From: Euprymna scolopes
Lineage: Eukaryota
NCBI GenBank assembly: GCA_053919585.1
Contig: CM132809.1
DNA length: 64,000 nt
Direction: 5' to 3' (one strand)
In this document: positions 15,001-30,000 of the stretch, in pieces
Layout of the letters: each line of letters starts with the position of its first letter
Position numbering within the stretch: the first letter of the stretch is position 1
Notes under the pieces: model-generated
What the model was told of the DNA's origin: nothing
What the model saw: the letters and a program-made list of their open reading frames with translations, nothing else
Databases searched by the model: none
Translations under genes and position numbers: made by a program

Positions 15001-18000
15001 ACTACTCATATGCATCGATAGATTTGATTTCTCAGGACAGGAATACTCCAATTGTTCCAAGGAATATGACTTTTCCTCAGTGTTACTACTCATATGCATC
15101 GGTAGATTTGATTTCTCAGGACAGGAATACTCCAATTGTTCCAAGGAATATGACTTTTCCTCAGTGTTACTACTCATATGCATCGGTAGATTTGATTTCT
15201 CAGGACAGGAATACTCCAATTGTTCCAAGGAATATGACTTTTCCTCAGTGTTAGTACTCATAGGCATCGATAGATTTGATTTCTCAGGACAGGAATACTC
15301 CAATTGTTCCAAGGAATATGACTTTTCCTCAGTGTTACTACTCATATGCATCGATAGATTTGATTTCTCAGGACAGGAATACTCCAATTGTTCCAAGGAA
15401 TATGACTTTTCCTCAGTGTTACTACTCATATGCATCGGTAGATTTGATTTCTTAGGACAGGAATACTCCAATTGTTCCAAGGAATATGACTTTTCCTCAG
15501 TGTTACTACTCATATGCATCGATAGATTTGATTTCTCAGGACAGGAATACTCCAATTGTTCCAAGGAATATGACTTTTCCTCAGTGTTACTACTCATATG
15601 CATCGGTAGATTTGATTTCTCAGGACAGGAATACTCCAATTGTTCCAAGGAATATGACTTTTCCTCAGTGTTACTACTCATATGCATCGGTAGATTTGAT
15701 TTCTCAGGACAGGAATACTCCAATTGTTCCAAGGAATATGACTTTTCCTCAGTGTTACTACTCATATGCATCGGTAGATTTGATTTCTCAGGAAAGAAAT
15801 ACTCCAATTGTTCCAAGGAATATGACTTTTCCTCAGTGTTACTACTCATATGCATCGATAGATTTGATTTCTCAGGACAGGAATACTCCAATTGTTCCAA
15901 GGAATATGACTTTTCCTCAGTGTTACTACTCATATGCATCGGTAGATTTGATTTCTCAGGACAGGAATACTCCAATTGTTCCAAGGAATATGACTTTTCC
16001 TCAGTGTTACTACTCATATGCATCGGTAGATTTGATTTCTCAGGAAAGAAATACTCCAATTGTTCCAAGGAATATGACTTTTCCTCAGTGTTACTACTCA
16101 TATGCATCGATAGATTTGATTTCTCAGGACAGGAATACTCCAATTGTTCCAAGGAATATGACTTTTCCTCAGTGTTACTACTCATATGCATCGATAGATT
16201 TGATTTCTCAGGACAGGAATACTCGCATTGTTCCAAGGAATATGACTTTTCCGCAGTGTTACTACTCATATGCATCGATAGATTTGATTTCTCAGGACAG
16301 GAATACTCCAATTGTTCCAAGGAATATGACTTTTCCTCAGTGTTACTACTCATATGCATCGATAGATTTGATTTCTCAGGACAGAAATACTCCAATTGTT
16401 CCAAGGAATATGACTTTTCCGCAGTGTTACTACTCATATGCATCGATAGATTTGATTTCTCAGGACAGGAATACTCCAATTGTTCCAAGGAATATGACTT
16501 TTCCGCAGTGTTACTACTCATATGCATCGATAGATTTGATTTCTCAGGACAGGAATACTCCAATTGTTCCAAGGAATATGACTTTTCCTCAGTGTTACTA
16601 CTCATATGCATCGATAGATTTGATTTCTCAGGACAGGAATACTCCAATTGTTCCAAGGAATATGACTTTTCCTCAGTGTTACTACTCATATGCATCGGTA
16701 GATTTGATTTCTCAGGACAGAAATACTCCAATTGTTTCAAGGAATGCTCCAATTGTTCCAAGGAATATGACTTTTCCGCAATGTTACTACTCATATGCAT
16801 CGGTAGATTTGATTTCTCAGGACAGGAATACTCCAATTGTTCCAAGGAATATGACTTTTCCGCAGTGTAAGTACTCATATGCATCGGTAGATTTGATTTC
16901 TCAGGACAGGAATACTCCAATTGTTCCAAGGAATATGACTTTTCCTCAGTGTTACTACTCATAGGCATCGGTAGATTTGATTTCTCAGGACAGGTATACT
17001 CCAATTGTTCCAAGGAATATGACTTTTCCTCAGTGTTACTACTCATATGCATCGGTAGATTTGATTTCTCAGGAAAGAAATACTCCAATTGTTCCAAGGA
17101 ATATGACTTTTCCTCAGTGTTACTACTCATATGCATCGATAGATTTGATTTCTCAGGACAGGAATACTCCAATTGTTCCAAGGAATATGACTTTTCCTCA
17201 GTGTTACTACTCATATGCATCGGTAGATTTGATTTCTCAGGACAGGAATACTCCAATTGTTCCAAGGAATATGACTTTTCCTCAGTGTTACTACTCATAT
17301 GCATCGGTAGATTTGATTTCTCAGGACAGGAATACTCCAATTGTTCCAAGGAATATGACTTTTCCTCAGTGTTACTACTCATATGCATCGATAGATTTGA
17401 TTTCTCAGGACAGGAATACTCCAATTGTTCCAAGGAATATGACTTTTCCTCAGTGTTACTACTCATATGCATCGATAGATTTGATTTCTCAGGACAGGAA
17501 TACTCCAATTGTTCATAGGAATATGACTTTTCCTCCGTGTTACTACTCATATGCATCGGTAGATTTGATTTCTCAGGACAGAAATACTCCAATTGTTCCA
17601 AGGAATTCTCCAATTCTTCCAAGGAATATGACTTTTCCGCAATGTTACTACTCATATGCATCGGTAGATTTGATTTCTCAGGACAGGAATACTCCAATTG
17701 TTCCAAGGAATATGACTTTTCCGCAGTGTTAGTACTCATATGCATCGGTAGATTTGATTTCTCAGGACAGGAATACTCCAATTGTTCCAAGGAATATGAC
17801 TTTTCCTCAGTGTTACTACTCATAGGCATCGGTAGATTAGATTTCTCAGGACAGGTATACTCCAATTGTTCCAAGGAATATGACTTTTCCTCAGTGTTAC
17901 TACTCATATGCATCGGTAGATTTGATTTCTCAGGACAGGAATACTCCAATTGTTCCAAGGAATATGACTTTTCCTCAGTGTTACTACTCATATGCATCGG

Positions 18001-21000
18001 TAGATTTGATTTCTCAGGACAGGAATTCTCCAATTGTTCCAAGGAATATGACTTTTCCGCAGTGTTACTACTCATATGCATCGATAGATTTGATTACTCA
18101 GGACAGGAATACTCCAATTGTTCCAAGGAATATGACTTTTCCTCAGTGTTACTACTCATATGCATCGATAGATTTGATTTCTCAGGACAGGAATACTCCA
18201 ATTGTTCCAAGGAATATGACTTTTCCTCAGTGTTACTACTCATATGCATCGGTAGATTTGATTTCTCAGGACAGGAATTCTCCAATTGTTCCAAGGAATA
18301 TGACTTTTCCTCAGTGTTACTACTCATATGCATCGATAGATTTGATTTCTCAGGACAGGAATACTCCAATTGTTCCAAGGAATATGACTTTTCCTCAGTG
18401 TTACTACTCATATGCATCGGTAGATTTGATTTCTCAGGACAGGAATACTCCAATTGTTCCAAGGAATATGACTTTTCCTCAGTGTTACTACTCATATGCA
18501 TCGGTAGATTTGATTTCTCAGGACAGGAATACTCCAATTGTTCCAAGGAATATGACTTTTCCTCAGTGTTACTACTCATATGCATCGATAGATTTGATTT
18601 CTCAGGACAGGAATACTCCAATTGTTCCAAGGAATATGACTTTTCCTCAGTGTTACTACTCATATGCATCGATAGATTTGATTTCTCAGGACAGGAATAC
18701 TCCAATTGTTCCAAGGAATATGACTTTTCCTCAGTGTTACTACTCATATGCATCGGTAGATTTGATTTCTCAGGACAGGAATACTCCAATTGTTCCAAGG
18801 AATATGACTTTTCCTCAGTGTTACTACTCATATGCATCGGTAGATTTGATTTCTCAGGACAGGAATTCTCCAATTGTTCCAAGGAATATGACTTTTCCGC
18901 AGTGTTACTACTCATATGCATCGGTAGATTTGATTTCTCAGGACAGGTATACTCCAATTGTTCCAAGGAATATGACTTTTCCTCAGTGTTACTACTCATA
19001 TGCATCGGTAGATTTGATTTCTCAGGACAGGAATTCTCCAATTGTTCCAAGGAATATGACTTTTCCGCAGTGTTACTACTCATATGCATCGGTAGATTTG
19101 ATTTCTCAGGACAGGTATACTCCAATTGTTCCAAGGAATATGACTTTTCCTCAGTGTTACTACTCATATGCATCGATAGATTTGATTTCTCAGGACAGGA
19201 ATACTCCAATTGTTCCAAGGAATATGACTTTTCCTCAGTGTTACTACTCATATGCATCGGTAGATTTGATTTCTTAGGACAGGAATACTCCAATTGTTCC
19301 AAGGAATATGACTTTTCCTCAGTGTTACTACTCATATGCATCGATAGATTTGATTTCTCAGGACAGGAATACTCCAATTGTTCCAAGGAATATGACTTTT
19401 CCTCAGTGTTACTACTCATATGCATCGGTAGATTTGATTTCTCAGGACAGGAATACTCCAATTGTTCCAAGGAATATGACTTTTCCTCAGTGTTACTACT
19501 CATATGCATCGGTAGATTTGATTTCTCAGGACAGGAATACTCCAATTGTTCCAAGGAATATGACTTTTCCTCAGTGTTACTACTCATATGCATCGGTAGA
19601 TTTGATTTCTCAGGAAAGAAATACTCCAATTGTTCCAAGGAATATGACTTTTCCTCAGTGTTACTACTCATATGCATCGATAGATTTGATTTCTCAGGAC
19701 AGGAATACTCCAATTGTTCCAAGGAATATGACTTTTCCTCAGTGTTACTACTCATATGCATCGGTAGATTTGATTTCTCAGGACAGGAATACTCCAATTG
19801 TTCCAAGGAATATGACTTTTCCTCAGTGTTACTACTCATATGCATCGGTAGATTTGATTTCTCAGGAAAGAAATACTCCAATTGTTCCAAGGAATATGAC
19901 TTTTCCTCAGTGTTACTACTCATATGCATCGATAGATTTGATTTCTCAGGACAGGAATACTCCAATTGTTCCAAGGAATATGACTTTTCCTCAGTGTTAC
20001 TACTCATATGCATCGATAGATTTGATTTCTCAGGACAGGAATACTCCAATTGTTCCAAGGAATATGACTTTTCCGCAGTGTTACTACTCATATGCATCGA
20101 TAGATTTGATTTCTCAGGACAGGAATACTCCAATTGTTCCAAGGAATATGACTTTTCCTCAGTGTTACTACTCATATGCATCGATAGATTTGATTTCTCA
20201 GGACAGAAATACTCCAATTGTTCCAAGGAATATGACTTTTCCGCAGTGTTACTACTCATATGCATCGATAGATTTGATTTCTCAGGACAGGAATACTCCA
20301 ATTGTTCCAAGGAATATGACTTTTCCGCAGTGTTACTACTCATATGCATCGATAGATTTGATTTCTCAGGACAGGAATACTCCAATTGTTCCAAGGAATA
20401 TGACTTTTCCTCAGTGTTACTACTCATATGCATCGATAGATTTGATTTCTCAGGACAGGAATACTCCAATTGTTCCAAGGAATATGACTTTTCCTCAGTG
20501 TTACTACTCATATGCATCGGTAGATTTGATTTCTCAGGACAGAAATACTCCAATTGTTTCAAGGAATGCTCCAATTGTTCCAAGGAATATGACTTTTCCG
20601 CAATGTTACTACTCATATGCATCGGTAGATTTGATTTCTCAGGACAGGAATACTCCAATTGTTCCAAGGAATATGACTTTTCCGCAGTGTAAGTACTCAT
20701 ATGCATCGGTAGATTTGATTTCTCAGGACAGGAATACTCCAATTGTTCCAAGGAATATGACTTTTCCTCAGTGTTACTACTCATAGGCATCGGTAGATTT
20801 GATTTCTCAGGACAGGTATACTCCAATTGTTCCAAGGAATATGACTTTTCCTCAGTGTTACTACTCATATGCATCGGTAGATTTGATTTCTCAGGAAAGA
20901 AATACTCCAATTGTTCCAAGGAATATGACTTTTCCTCAGTGTTACTACTCATATGCATCGATAGATTTGATTTCTCAGGACAGGAATACTCCAATTGTTC

Positions 21001-24000
21001 CAAGGAATATGACTTTTCCTCAGTGTTACTACTCATATGCATCGGTAGATTTGATTTCTCAGGACAGGAATACTCCAATTGTTCCAAGGAATATGACTTT
21101 TCCTCAGTGTTACTACTCATATGCATCGGTAGATTTGATTTCTCAGGACAGGAATACTCCAATTGTTCCAAGGAATATGACTTTTCCTCAGTGTTACTAC
21201 TCATATGCATCGATAGATTTGATTTCTCAGGACAGGAATACTCCAATTGTTCCAAGGAATATGACTTTTCCTCAGTGTTACTACTCATATGCATCGATAG
21301 ATTTGATTTCTCAGGACAGGAATACTCCAATTGTTCATAGGAATATGACTTTTCCTCCGTGTTACTACTCATATGCATCGGTAGATTTGATTTCTCAGGA
21401 CAGAAATACTCCAATTGTTCCAAGGAATTCTCCAATTCTTCCAAGGAATATGACTTTTCCGCAATGTTACTACTCATATGCATCGGTAGATTTGATTTCT
21501 CAGGACAGGAATACTCCAATTGTTCCAAGGAATATGACTTTTCCGCAGTGTTAGTACTCATATGCATCGGTAGATTTGATTTCTCAGGACAGGAATACTC
21601 CAATTGTTCCAAGGAATATGACTTTTCCTCAGTGTTACTACTCATAGGCATCGGTAGATTAGATTTCTCAGGACAGGTATACTCCAATTGTTCCAAGGAA
21701 TATGACTTTTCCTCAGTGTTACTACTCATATGCATCGGTAGATTTGATTTCTCAGGACAGGAATACTCCAATTGTTCCAAGGAATATGACTTTTCCTCAG
21801 TGTTACTACTCATATGCATCGGTAGATTTGATTTCTCAGGACAGGAATTCTTCAATTGTTCCAAGGAATATGACTTTTCCGCAGTGTTACTACTCATATG
21901 CATCGATAGATTTGATTTCTCAGGACAGGAATACTCCAATTGTTCCAAGGAATATGACTTTTCCTCAGTGTTACTACTCATATGCATCGATAGATTTGAT
22001 TTCTCAGGACAGGAATACTCCAATTGTTCCAAGGAATATGACTTTTCCTCAGTGTTACTACTCATATGCATCGGTAGATTTGATTTCTCAGGAAAGAAAT
22101 ACTCCAATTGTTCCAAGGAATATGACTTTTCCTCAGTGTTACTACTCATATGCATCGATAGATTTGATTTCTCAGGACAGGAATACTCCAATTGTTCCAA
22201 GGAATATGACTTTTCCTCAGTGTTACTACTCATATGCATCGGTAGATTTGATTTCTCAGGACAGGAATACTCCAATTGTTCCAAGGAATATGACTTTTCC
22301 TCAGTGTTACTACTCATATGCATCGGTAGATTTGATTTCTCAGGACAAGAATACTCCAATTGTTCCAAGGAATATGACTTTTCCTCAGTGTTACTACTCA
22401 TATGCATCGATAGATTTGATTTCTCAGGACAGGAATACTCCAATTGTTCCAAGGAATATGACTTTTCCTCAGTGTTACTACTCATATGCATCGATAGATT
22501 TGATTTCTCAGGACAGGAATACTCCAATTGTTCCAAGGAATATGACTTTTCCTCAGTGTTACTACTCATATGCATCGATAGATTTGATTTCTCAGGACAG
22601 GAATACTCCAATTGTTCCAAGGAATATGACTTTTCCTCAGTGTTACTACTCATATGCATCGGTAGATTTGATTTCTCAGGACAGGAATACTCCAATTGTT
22701 CCAAGGAATATGACTTTTCCTCAGTGTTACTACTCATATGCATCGGTAGATTTGATTTCTCAGGACAGGAATTCTCCAATTGTTCCAAGGAATATGACTT
22801 TTCCGCAGTGTTACTACTCATATGCATCGGTAGATTTGATTTCTCAGGACAGGTATACTCCAATTGTTCCAAGGAATATGACTTTTCCTCAGTGTTACTA
22901 CTCATATGCATCGGTAGATTTGATTTCTCAGGACAGGAATTCTCCAATTGTTCCAAGGAATATGACTTTTCCGCAGTGTTACTACTCATATGCATCGGTA
23001 GATTTGATTTCTCAGGACAGGTATACTCCAATTGTTCCAAGGAATATGACTTTTCCTCAGTGTTACTACTCATATGCATCGGTAGATTTGATTTCTCAGG
23101 ACAGGAATACTCCAATTGTTTCAAGGAATATGACTTTTCCTCAGTGTTACTACTCATATGCATCGGTAGATTTGATTTCTCAGGAAAGAAATACTCCAAT
23201 TGTTCCAAGGAATATGACTTTTCCTCAGTGTTACTACTCATATGCATCGGTAGATTTGATTTCTCAGGACAGGAATACTCCAATTGTTCCAAGGAATATG
23301 ACTTTTCCTCAGTGTTACTACTCATATGCATCGGTAGATTTGATTTCTCAGGACAGGAATACTCCAATTGTTCCAAGGAATATGACTTTTCCTCAGTGTT
23401 ACTACTCATATGCATCGGTAGATTTGATTTCTCAGGACAGGAATACTCCAATTGTTCCAAGGAATATGACTTTTCCTCAGTGTTACTACTCATATGCATC
23501 GATAGATTTGATTTCTCAGGACAGGAATACTCCAATTGTTCCAAGGAATATGACTTTTCCTCAGTGTTACTACTCATATGCATCGATAGATTTGATTTCT
23601 CAGGACAGGAATACTCCAATTGTTCCAAGGAATATGACTTTTCCTCAGTGTTACTACTCATATGCATCGGTAGATTTGATTTCTCAGGAAAGAAATACTC
23701 CAATTGTTCCAAGGAATATGACTTTTCCTCAGTGTTACTACTCATATGCATCGGTAGATTTGATTTCTCAGGACAGGAATACTCCAATTGTTCCAAGGAA
23801 TATGACTTTTCCTCAGTGTTACTACTCATATGCATCGGTAGATTTGATTTCTCAGGACAGGAATACTCCAATTGTTCCAAGGAATATGACTTTTCCTCAG
23901 TGTTACTACTCATATGCATCGGTAGATTTGATTTCTCAGGACAGGAATACTGCAATTGTTCCAAGGAATATGACTTTTCCTCAGTGTTACTACTCATATG

Positions 24001-27000
24001 CATCGGTAGATTTGATTTCTCAGGACAGGAATTCTCCAATTGTTCCAAGGAATATGACTTTTCCGCAGTGTTACTACTCATATGCATCGATAGATTTGAT
24101 TTCTCAGGACAGGAATACTCCAATTGTTCCAAGGAATATGACTTTTCCTCAGTGTTACTACTCATATGCATCGATAGATTTGATTTCTCAGGACAGGAAT
24201 ACTCCAATTGTTCCAAGGAATATGACTTTTCCTCAGTGTTACTACTCATATGCATCGGTAGATTTGATTTCTCAGGAAAGAAATACTCCAATTGTTCCAA
24301 GGAATATGACTTTTCCTCAGTGTTACTACTCATATGCATCGGTAGATTTGATTTCTCAGGACAGGAATACTCCAATTGTTCCAAGGAATATGACTTTTCC
24401 TCAGTGTTACTACTCATATGCATCGGTAGATTTGATTTCTCAGGACAGGAATACTCCAATTGTTCCAAGGAATATGACTTTTCCTCAGTGTTACTACTCA
24501 TATGCATCGGTAGATTTGATTTCTCAGGACAGGAATACTCCAATTGTTCCAAGGAATATGACTTTTCCTCAGTGTTACTACTCATATGCATCGGTAGATT
24601 TGATTTCTCAGGAAAGAAATACTCCAATTGTTCCAAGGAATATGACTTTTCCTCAGTGTTACTACTCATATGAATCGGTAGATTTGATTTCTCAGGAAAA
24701 AAATACTCCAATTGTTCCAAGGAATATGACTTTTCCTCAGTGTTACTACTCATATGCATCGGTAGATTTGATTTCTCAGGACAGGAATACTCCAATTGTT
24801 CCAAGGAATATGACTTTTCCTCAGTGTTACTACTCATATGCATCGGTAGATTTGATTTCTCAGGACAGGAATACTCCAATTGTTCCAAGGAATATGACTT
24901 TTCCTCAGTGTTACTACTCATATGCATCGGTAGATTTGATTTCTCAGGACAGGAATACTCCAATTGTTCCAAGGAATATGACTTTTCCTCAGTGTTACTA
25001 CTCATATGCATCGGTAGATTTGATTTCTCAGGACAGGAATACTCCAATTGTTCCAAGGAATATGACTTTTCCTCAGTGTTACTACTCATATGCATCGGTA
25101 GATTTGATTTCTCAGGACAGGAATACTCCAATTGTTCCAAGGAATATGACTTTTCCTCAGTGTTACTACTCATATGCATCGGTAGATTTGATTTCTCAGG
25201 ACAGGAATACTCCAATTGTTCCAAGGAATATGACTTTTCCTCAGTGTTACTACTCATATGCATCGGTAGATTTGATTTCTCAGGACAGAAATACTCCAAT
25301 TGTTCCAAGGAATGCTCCAATTGTTCCAAGGAATATGACTTTTTCTCAGTGTTACTACTCATAGGCATCGGTAGATTTGATTTCTCAGGACAGGAATACT
25401 CCAATTGTTCCAAGGAATATGACTTTTCCTCAGTGTTACTACTCATATGCATCGGTAGATTTGATTTCTCAGGAAAGAAATACTCCAATTGTTCCAAGGA
25501 ATATGACTTTTCCTCAGTGTTACTACTCATATGCATCGGTAGATTTGATTTCTCAGGACAGGAATACTCCAATTGTTCCAAGGAATATGACTTTTCCTCA
25601 GTGTTACTACTCATATGCATCGGTAGATTTGATTTCTCAGGACAGGAATACTCCAATTGTTCCAAGGAATATGACTTTTCCTCAGTGTTACTATTCATAT
25701 GCATCGATAGATTTGATTTCTCAGGACAGGAATACTCCAATTGTTCCAAGGAATATGACTTTTCCTCAGTGTTACTACTCATATGCATCGATAGATTAGA
25801 TTTCTCAGGACAGGAATACTCCAATTGTTCCAAGGAATATGACTTTTCCTCAGTGTTACTACTCATATGCATCGGTAGATTTGATTTCTCAGGAAAGAAA
25901 TACTCCAATTGTTCCAAGGAATATGACTTTTCCTCAGTGTTACTACTCATATGCATCGGTAGATTTGATTTCTCAGGACAGGAATACTCCAATTGTTCCA
26001 AGGAATATGACTTTTCCTCAGTGTTACTACTCATATGCATCGGTAGATTTGATTTCTCAGGACAGGAATACTCCAATTGTTCCAAGGAATATGACTTTTC
26101 CTCAGTGTTACTACTCATATGCATCGGTAGATTTGATTTCTCAGGACAGGAATACTCCAATTGTTCCAAGGAATATGACTTTTCCTCAGTGTTACTACTC
26201 ATATGCATCGGTAGATTTGATTTCTCAGGACAGGAATACTCCAATTGTTCCAAGGAATATGACTTTTCCTCAGTGTTACTACTCATATGCATCGGTAGAT
26301 TTGATTTCTCAGGACAGGAATACTCCAATTGTTCCAAGGAATATGACTTTTCCTCAGTGTTACTACTCATATGCATCGGTAGATTTGATTTCTCAGGACA
26401 GGAATACTCCAATTGTTCCAAGGAATATGACTTTTCCTCAGTGTTACTACTCATATGCATCGGTAGATTTGATTTCTCAGGACAGGAATACTCCAATTGT
26501 TCCAAGGAATATGACTTTTCCTCAGTGTTACTACTCATATGCATCGGTAGATTTGATTTCTCAGGAAAGAAATACTCCAATTGTTCCAAGGAATATGACT
26601 TTTCCTCAGTGTTACTACTCATATGCATCGGTAGATTTGATTTCTCAGGAAAGAAATACTCCAATTGTTCCAAGGAATATGACTTTTCCTCAGTGTTACT
26701 ACTCATATGCATCGGTAGATTTGATTTCTCAGGACAGGAATACTCCAATTGTTCCAAGGAATATGACTTTTCCTCAGTGTTACTACTCATATGCATCGGT
26801 AGATTTGATTTCTCAGGACAGGAATACTCCAATTGTTCCAAGGAATATGACTTTTCCTCAGTGTTACTTCTCATATGCATCGGTAGATTTGATTTCTCAG
26901 GACAGGAATACTCCAATTGTTCCAAGGAATATGACTTTTCCTCAGTGTTACTACTCATATGCATCGGTAGATTTGATTTCTCAGGAAAGAAATACTCCAA

Positions 27001-30000
27001 TTGTTCCAAGGAATATGACTTTTCCTCAGTGTTACTACTCATATGCATCGATAGATTTGATTTCTCAGGACAGGAATACTCAAATTGTTCCACGGAATAT
27101 GACTTTTCCTCAGTGTTACTACTCATATGCATCGATAGATTTGATTTCTCAGGACAGGAATACTCCAATTGTTCCAAGGAATGCTCCAATTCTTCCAAGG
27201 AATATGACTTTTCCGCAGGATTAGTACTCATATGCATCGGTAGATTTGATTTCTCAGGACAGGAATACTCTAATTGTCCCAAGGAATATGACTTTTCCGC
27301 AGTGTTACTACTCATATGCATCGATAGATTTGATTTCTCAGGACAGGAATACTCCAATTGTTCCAAGGAATATGACTTTTCCTCAGTGTTACTACTCATA
27401 TGCATCGATAGATTTGATTTCTCAGGACAGGAATACTCCAATTGTTCCAAGGAATGCTCCAATTCTTCCAAGGAATATGACTTTTCCGCAGGATTAGTAC
27501 TCATATGCATCGGTAGATTTGATTTCTCAGGACAGGAATACTCCAATTGTTCCAAGGAATATGACTTTTCCTCAGTGTTACTACTCATATGCATCGGTAG
27601 ATTTGATTTCTCAGGAAAGAAATACTCCAATTGTTCCAAGGAATATGACTTTTCCTCAGTGTTACTACTCATATGCATCGGTAGATTTGATTTCTCAGGA
27701 CAGGAATACTCCAATTGTTCCAAGGAATATGACTTTTCCTCAGTGTTACTACTCATATGCATCGATAGATTTGATTTCTCAGGACAGGAATACTCCAATT
27801 GTTCCAAGGAATATGACTTTTCCTCAGTGTTACTACTCATATGCATCGGTAGATTTGATTTCTCAGGAAAGAAATACTCCAATTGTTCCAAGGAATATGA
27901 CTTTTCCTCAGTGTTACTACTCATATGCATCGGTAGATTTGATTTCTCAGGAAAGAAATACTCCAATTGTTCCAAGGAATATGACTTTTCCTCAGTGTTA
28001 CTACTCATATGCATCGGTAGATTTGATTTCTCAGGACAGGAATACTCCAATTGTTCCAAGGAATATGACTTTTCCTCAGTGTTACTACTCATATGCATCG
28101 GTAGATTTGATTTCTCAGGACAGGAATACTCCAATTGTTCCAAGGAATATGACTTTTCCTCAGTGTTACTACTCATATGCATCGGTAGATTTGATTTCTC
28201 AGGAAAGAAATACTCCAATTGTTCCAAGGAATATGACTTTTCCTCAGTGTTACTACTCATATGCATCGGTAGATTTGATTTCTCAGGACAGGAATACTCC
28301 AATTGTTCCAAGGAATATGACTTTTCCTCAGTGTTACTACTCATATGCATCGGTAGATTTGATTTCTCAGGACAGGAATACTCCAATTGTTCCAAGGAAT
28401 ATGACTTTTCCTCAGTGTTACTACTCATATGCATCGGTAGATTTGATTTCTCAGGACAGGAATACTCCAATTGTTCCAAGGAATATGACTTTTCCTCAGT
28501 GTTACTACTCATATGCATCGGTAGATTTGATTTCTCAGGACAGAAATACTCCAATTGTTCCAAGGAATTCTCCAATTGTTCCAAGGAATATGACTTTTCC
28601 TCAGTGTTACTACTCATAGGCATCGGTAGATTTGATTTCTCAGGACAGGAATACTCCAATTGTTCCAAGGAATATGACTTTTCCTCAGTGTTACTACTCA
28701 TATGCATCGGTAGATTTGATTTCTCAGGAAAGAAATACTCCAATTGTTCCAAGGAATATGACTTTTCCTCAGTGTTACTACTCATATGCATCGGTAGATT
28801 TGATTTCTCAGGACAGGAATACTCCAATTGTTCCAAGGAATATGACTTTTCCTCAGTGTTACTACTCATATGCATCGGTAGATTTGATTTCTCAGGACAG
28901 GAATACTCCAATTGTTCCAAGGAATATGACTTTTCCTCAGTGTTACTATTCATATGCATCGATAGATTTGATTTCTCAGGACAGGAATACTCCAATTGTT
29001 CCAAGGAATATGACTTTTCCTCAGTGTTACTACTCATATGCATCGATAGATTTGATTTCTCAGGACAGGAATACTCCAATTGTTCCAAGGAATATGACTT
29101 TTCCTCAGTGTTACTACTCATATGCATCGGTAGATTTGATTTCTCAGGAAAGAAATACTCCAATTGTTCCAAGGAATATGACTTTTCCTCAGTGTTACTA
29201 CTCATATGCATCGGTAGATTTGATTTCTCAGGACAGGAATACTCCAATTGTTCCAAGGAATATGACTTTTCCTCAGTGTTACTACTCATATGCATCGGTA
29301 GATTTGATTTCTCAGGACAGGAATACTCCAATTGTTCCAAGGAATATGACTTTTCCTCAGTGTTACTACTCATATGCATCGGTAGATTTGATTTCTCAGG
29401 ACAGGAATACTCCAATTGTTCCAAGGAATATGACTTTTCCTCAGTGTTACTACTCATATGCATCGGTAGATTTGATTTCTCAGGACAGGAATACTCCAAT
29501 TGTTCCAAGGAATATGACTTTTCCTCAGTGTTACTACTCATATGCATCGGTAGATTTGATTTCTCAGGACAGGAATACTCCAATTGTTCCAAGGAATATG
29601 ACTTTTCCTCAGTGTTACTACTCATATGCATCGGTAGATTTGATTTCTCAGGACAGGAATACTCAAATTGTTCCAAGGAATATGACTTTTCCTCAGTATT
29701 ACTACTCATATGCATCGGTAGATTTGATTTCTCAGGACAGGAATACTCCAATTGTTCCAAGGAATATGACTTTTCCTCAGTGTTACTACTCATATGCATC
29801 GGTAGATTTGATTTCTCAGGAAAGAAATACTCCAATTGTTCCAAGGAATATGACTTTTCCTCAGTGTTACTACTCATATGCATCGGTAGATTTGATTTCT
29901 CAGGAAAGAAATACTCCAATTGTTCCAAGGAATATGACTTTTCCTCAGTGTTACTACTCATATGCATCGGTAGATTTGATTTCTCAGGACAGGAATACTC

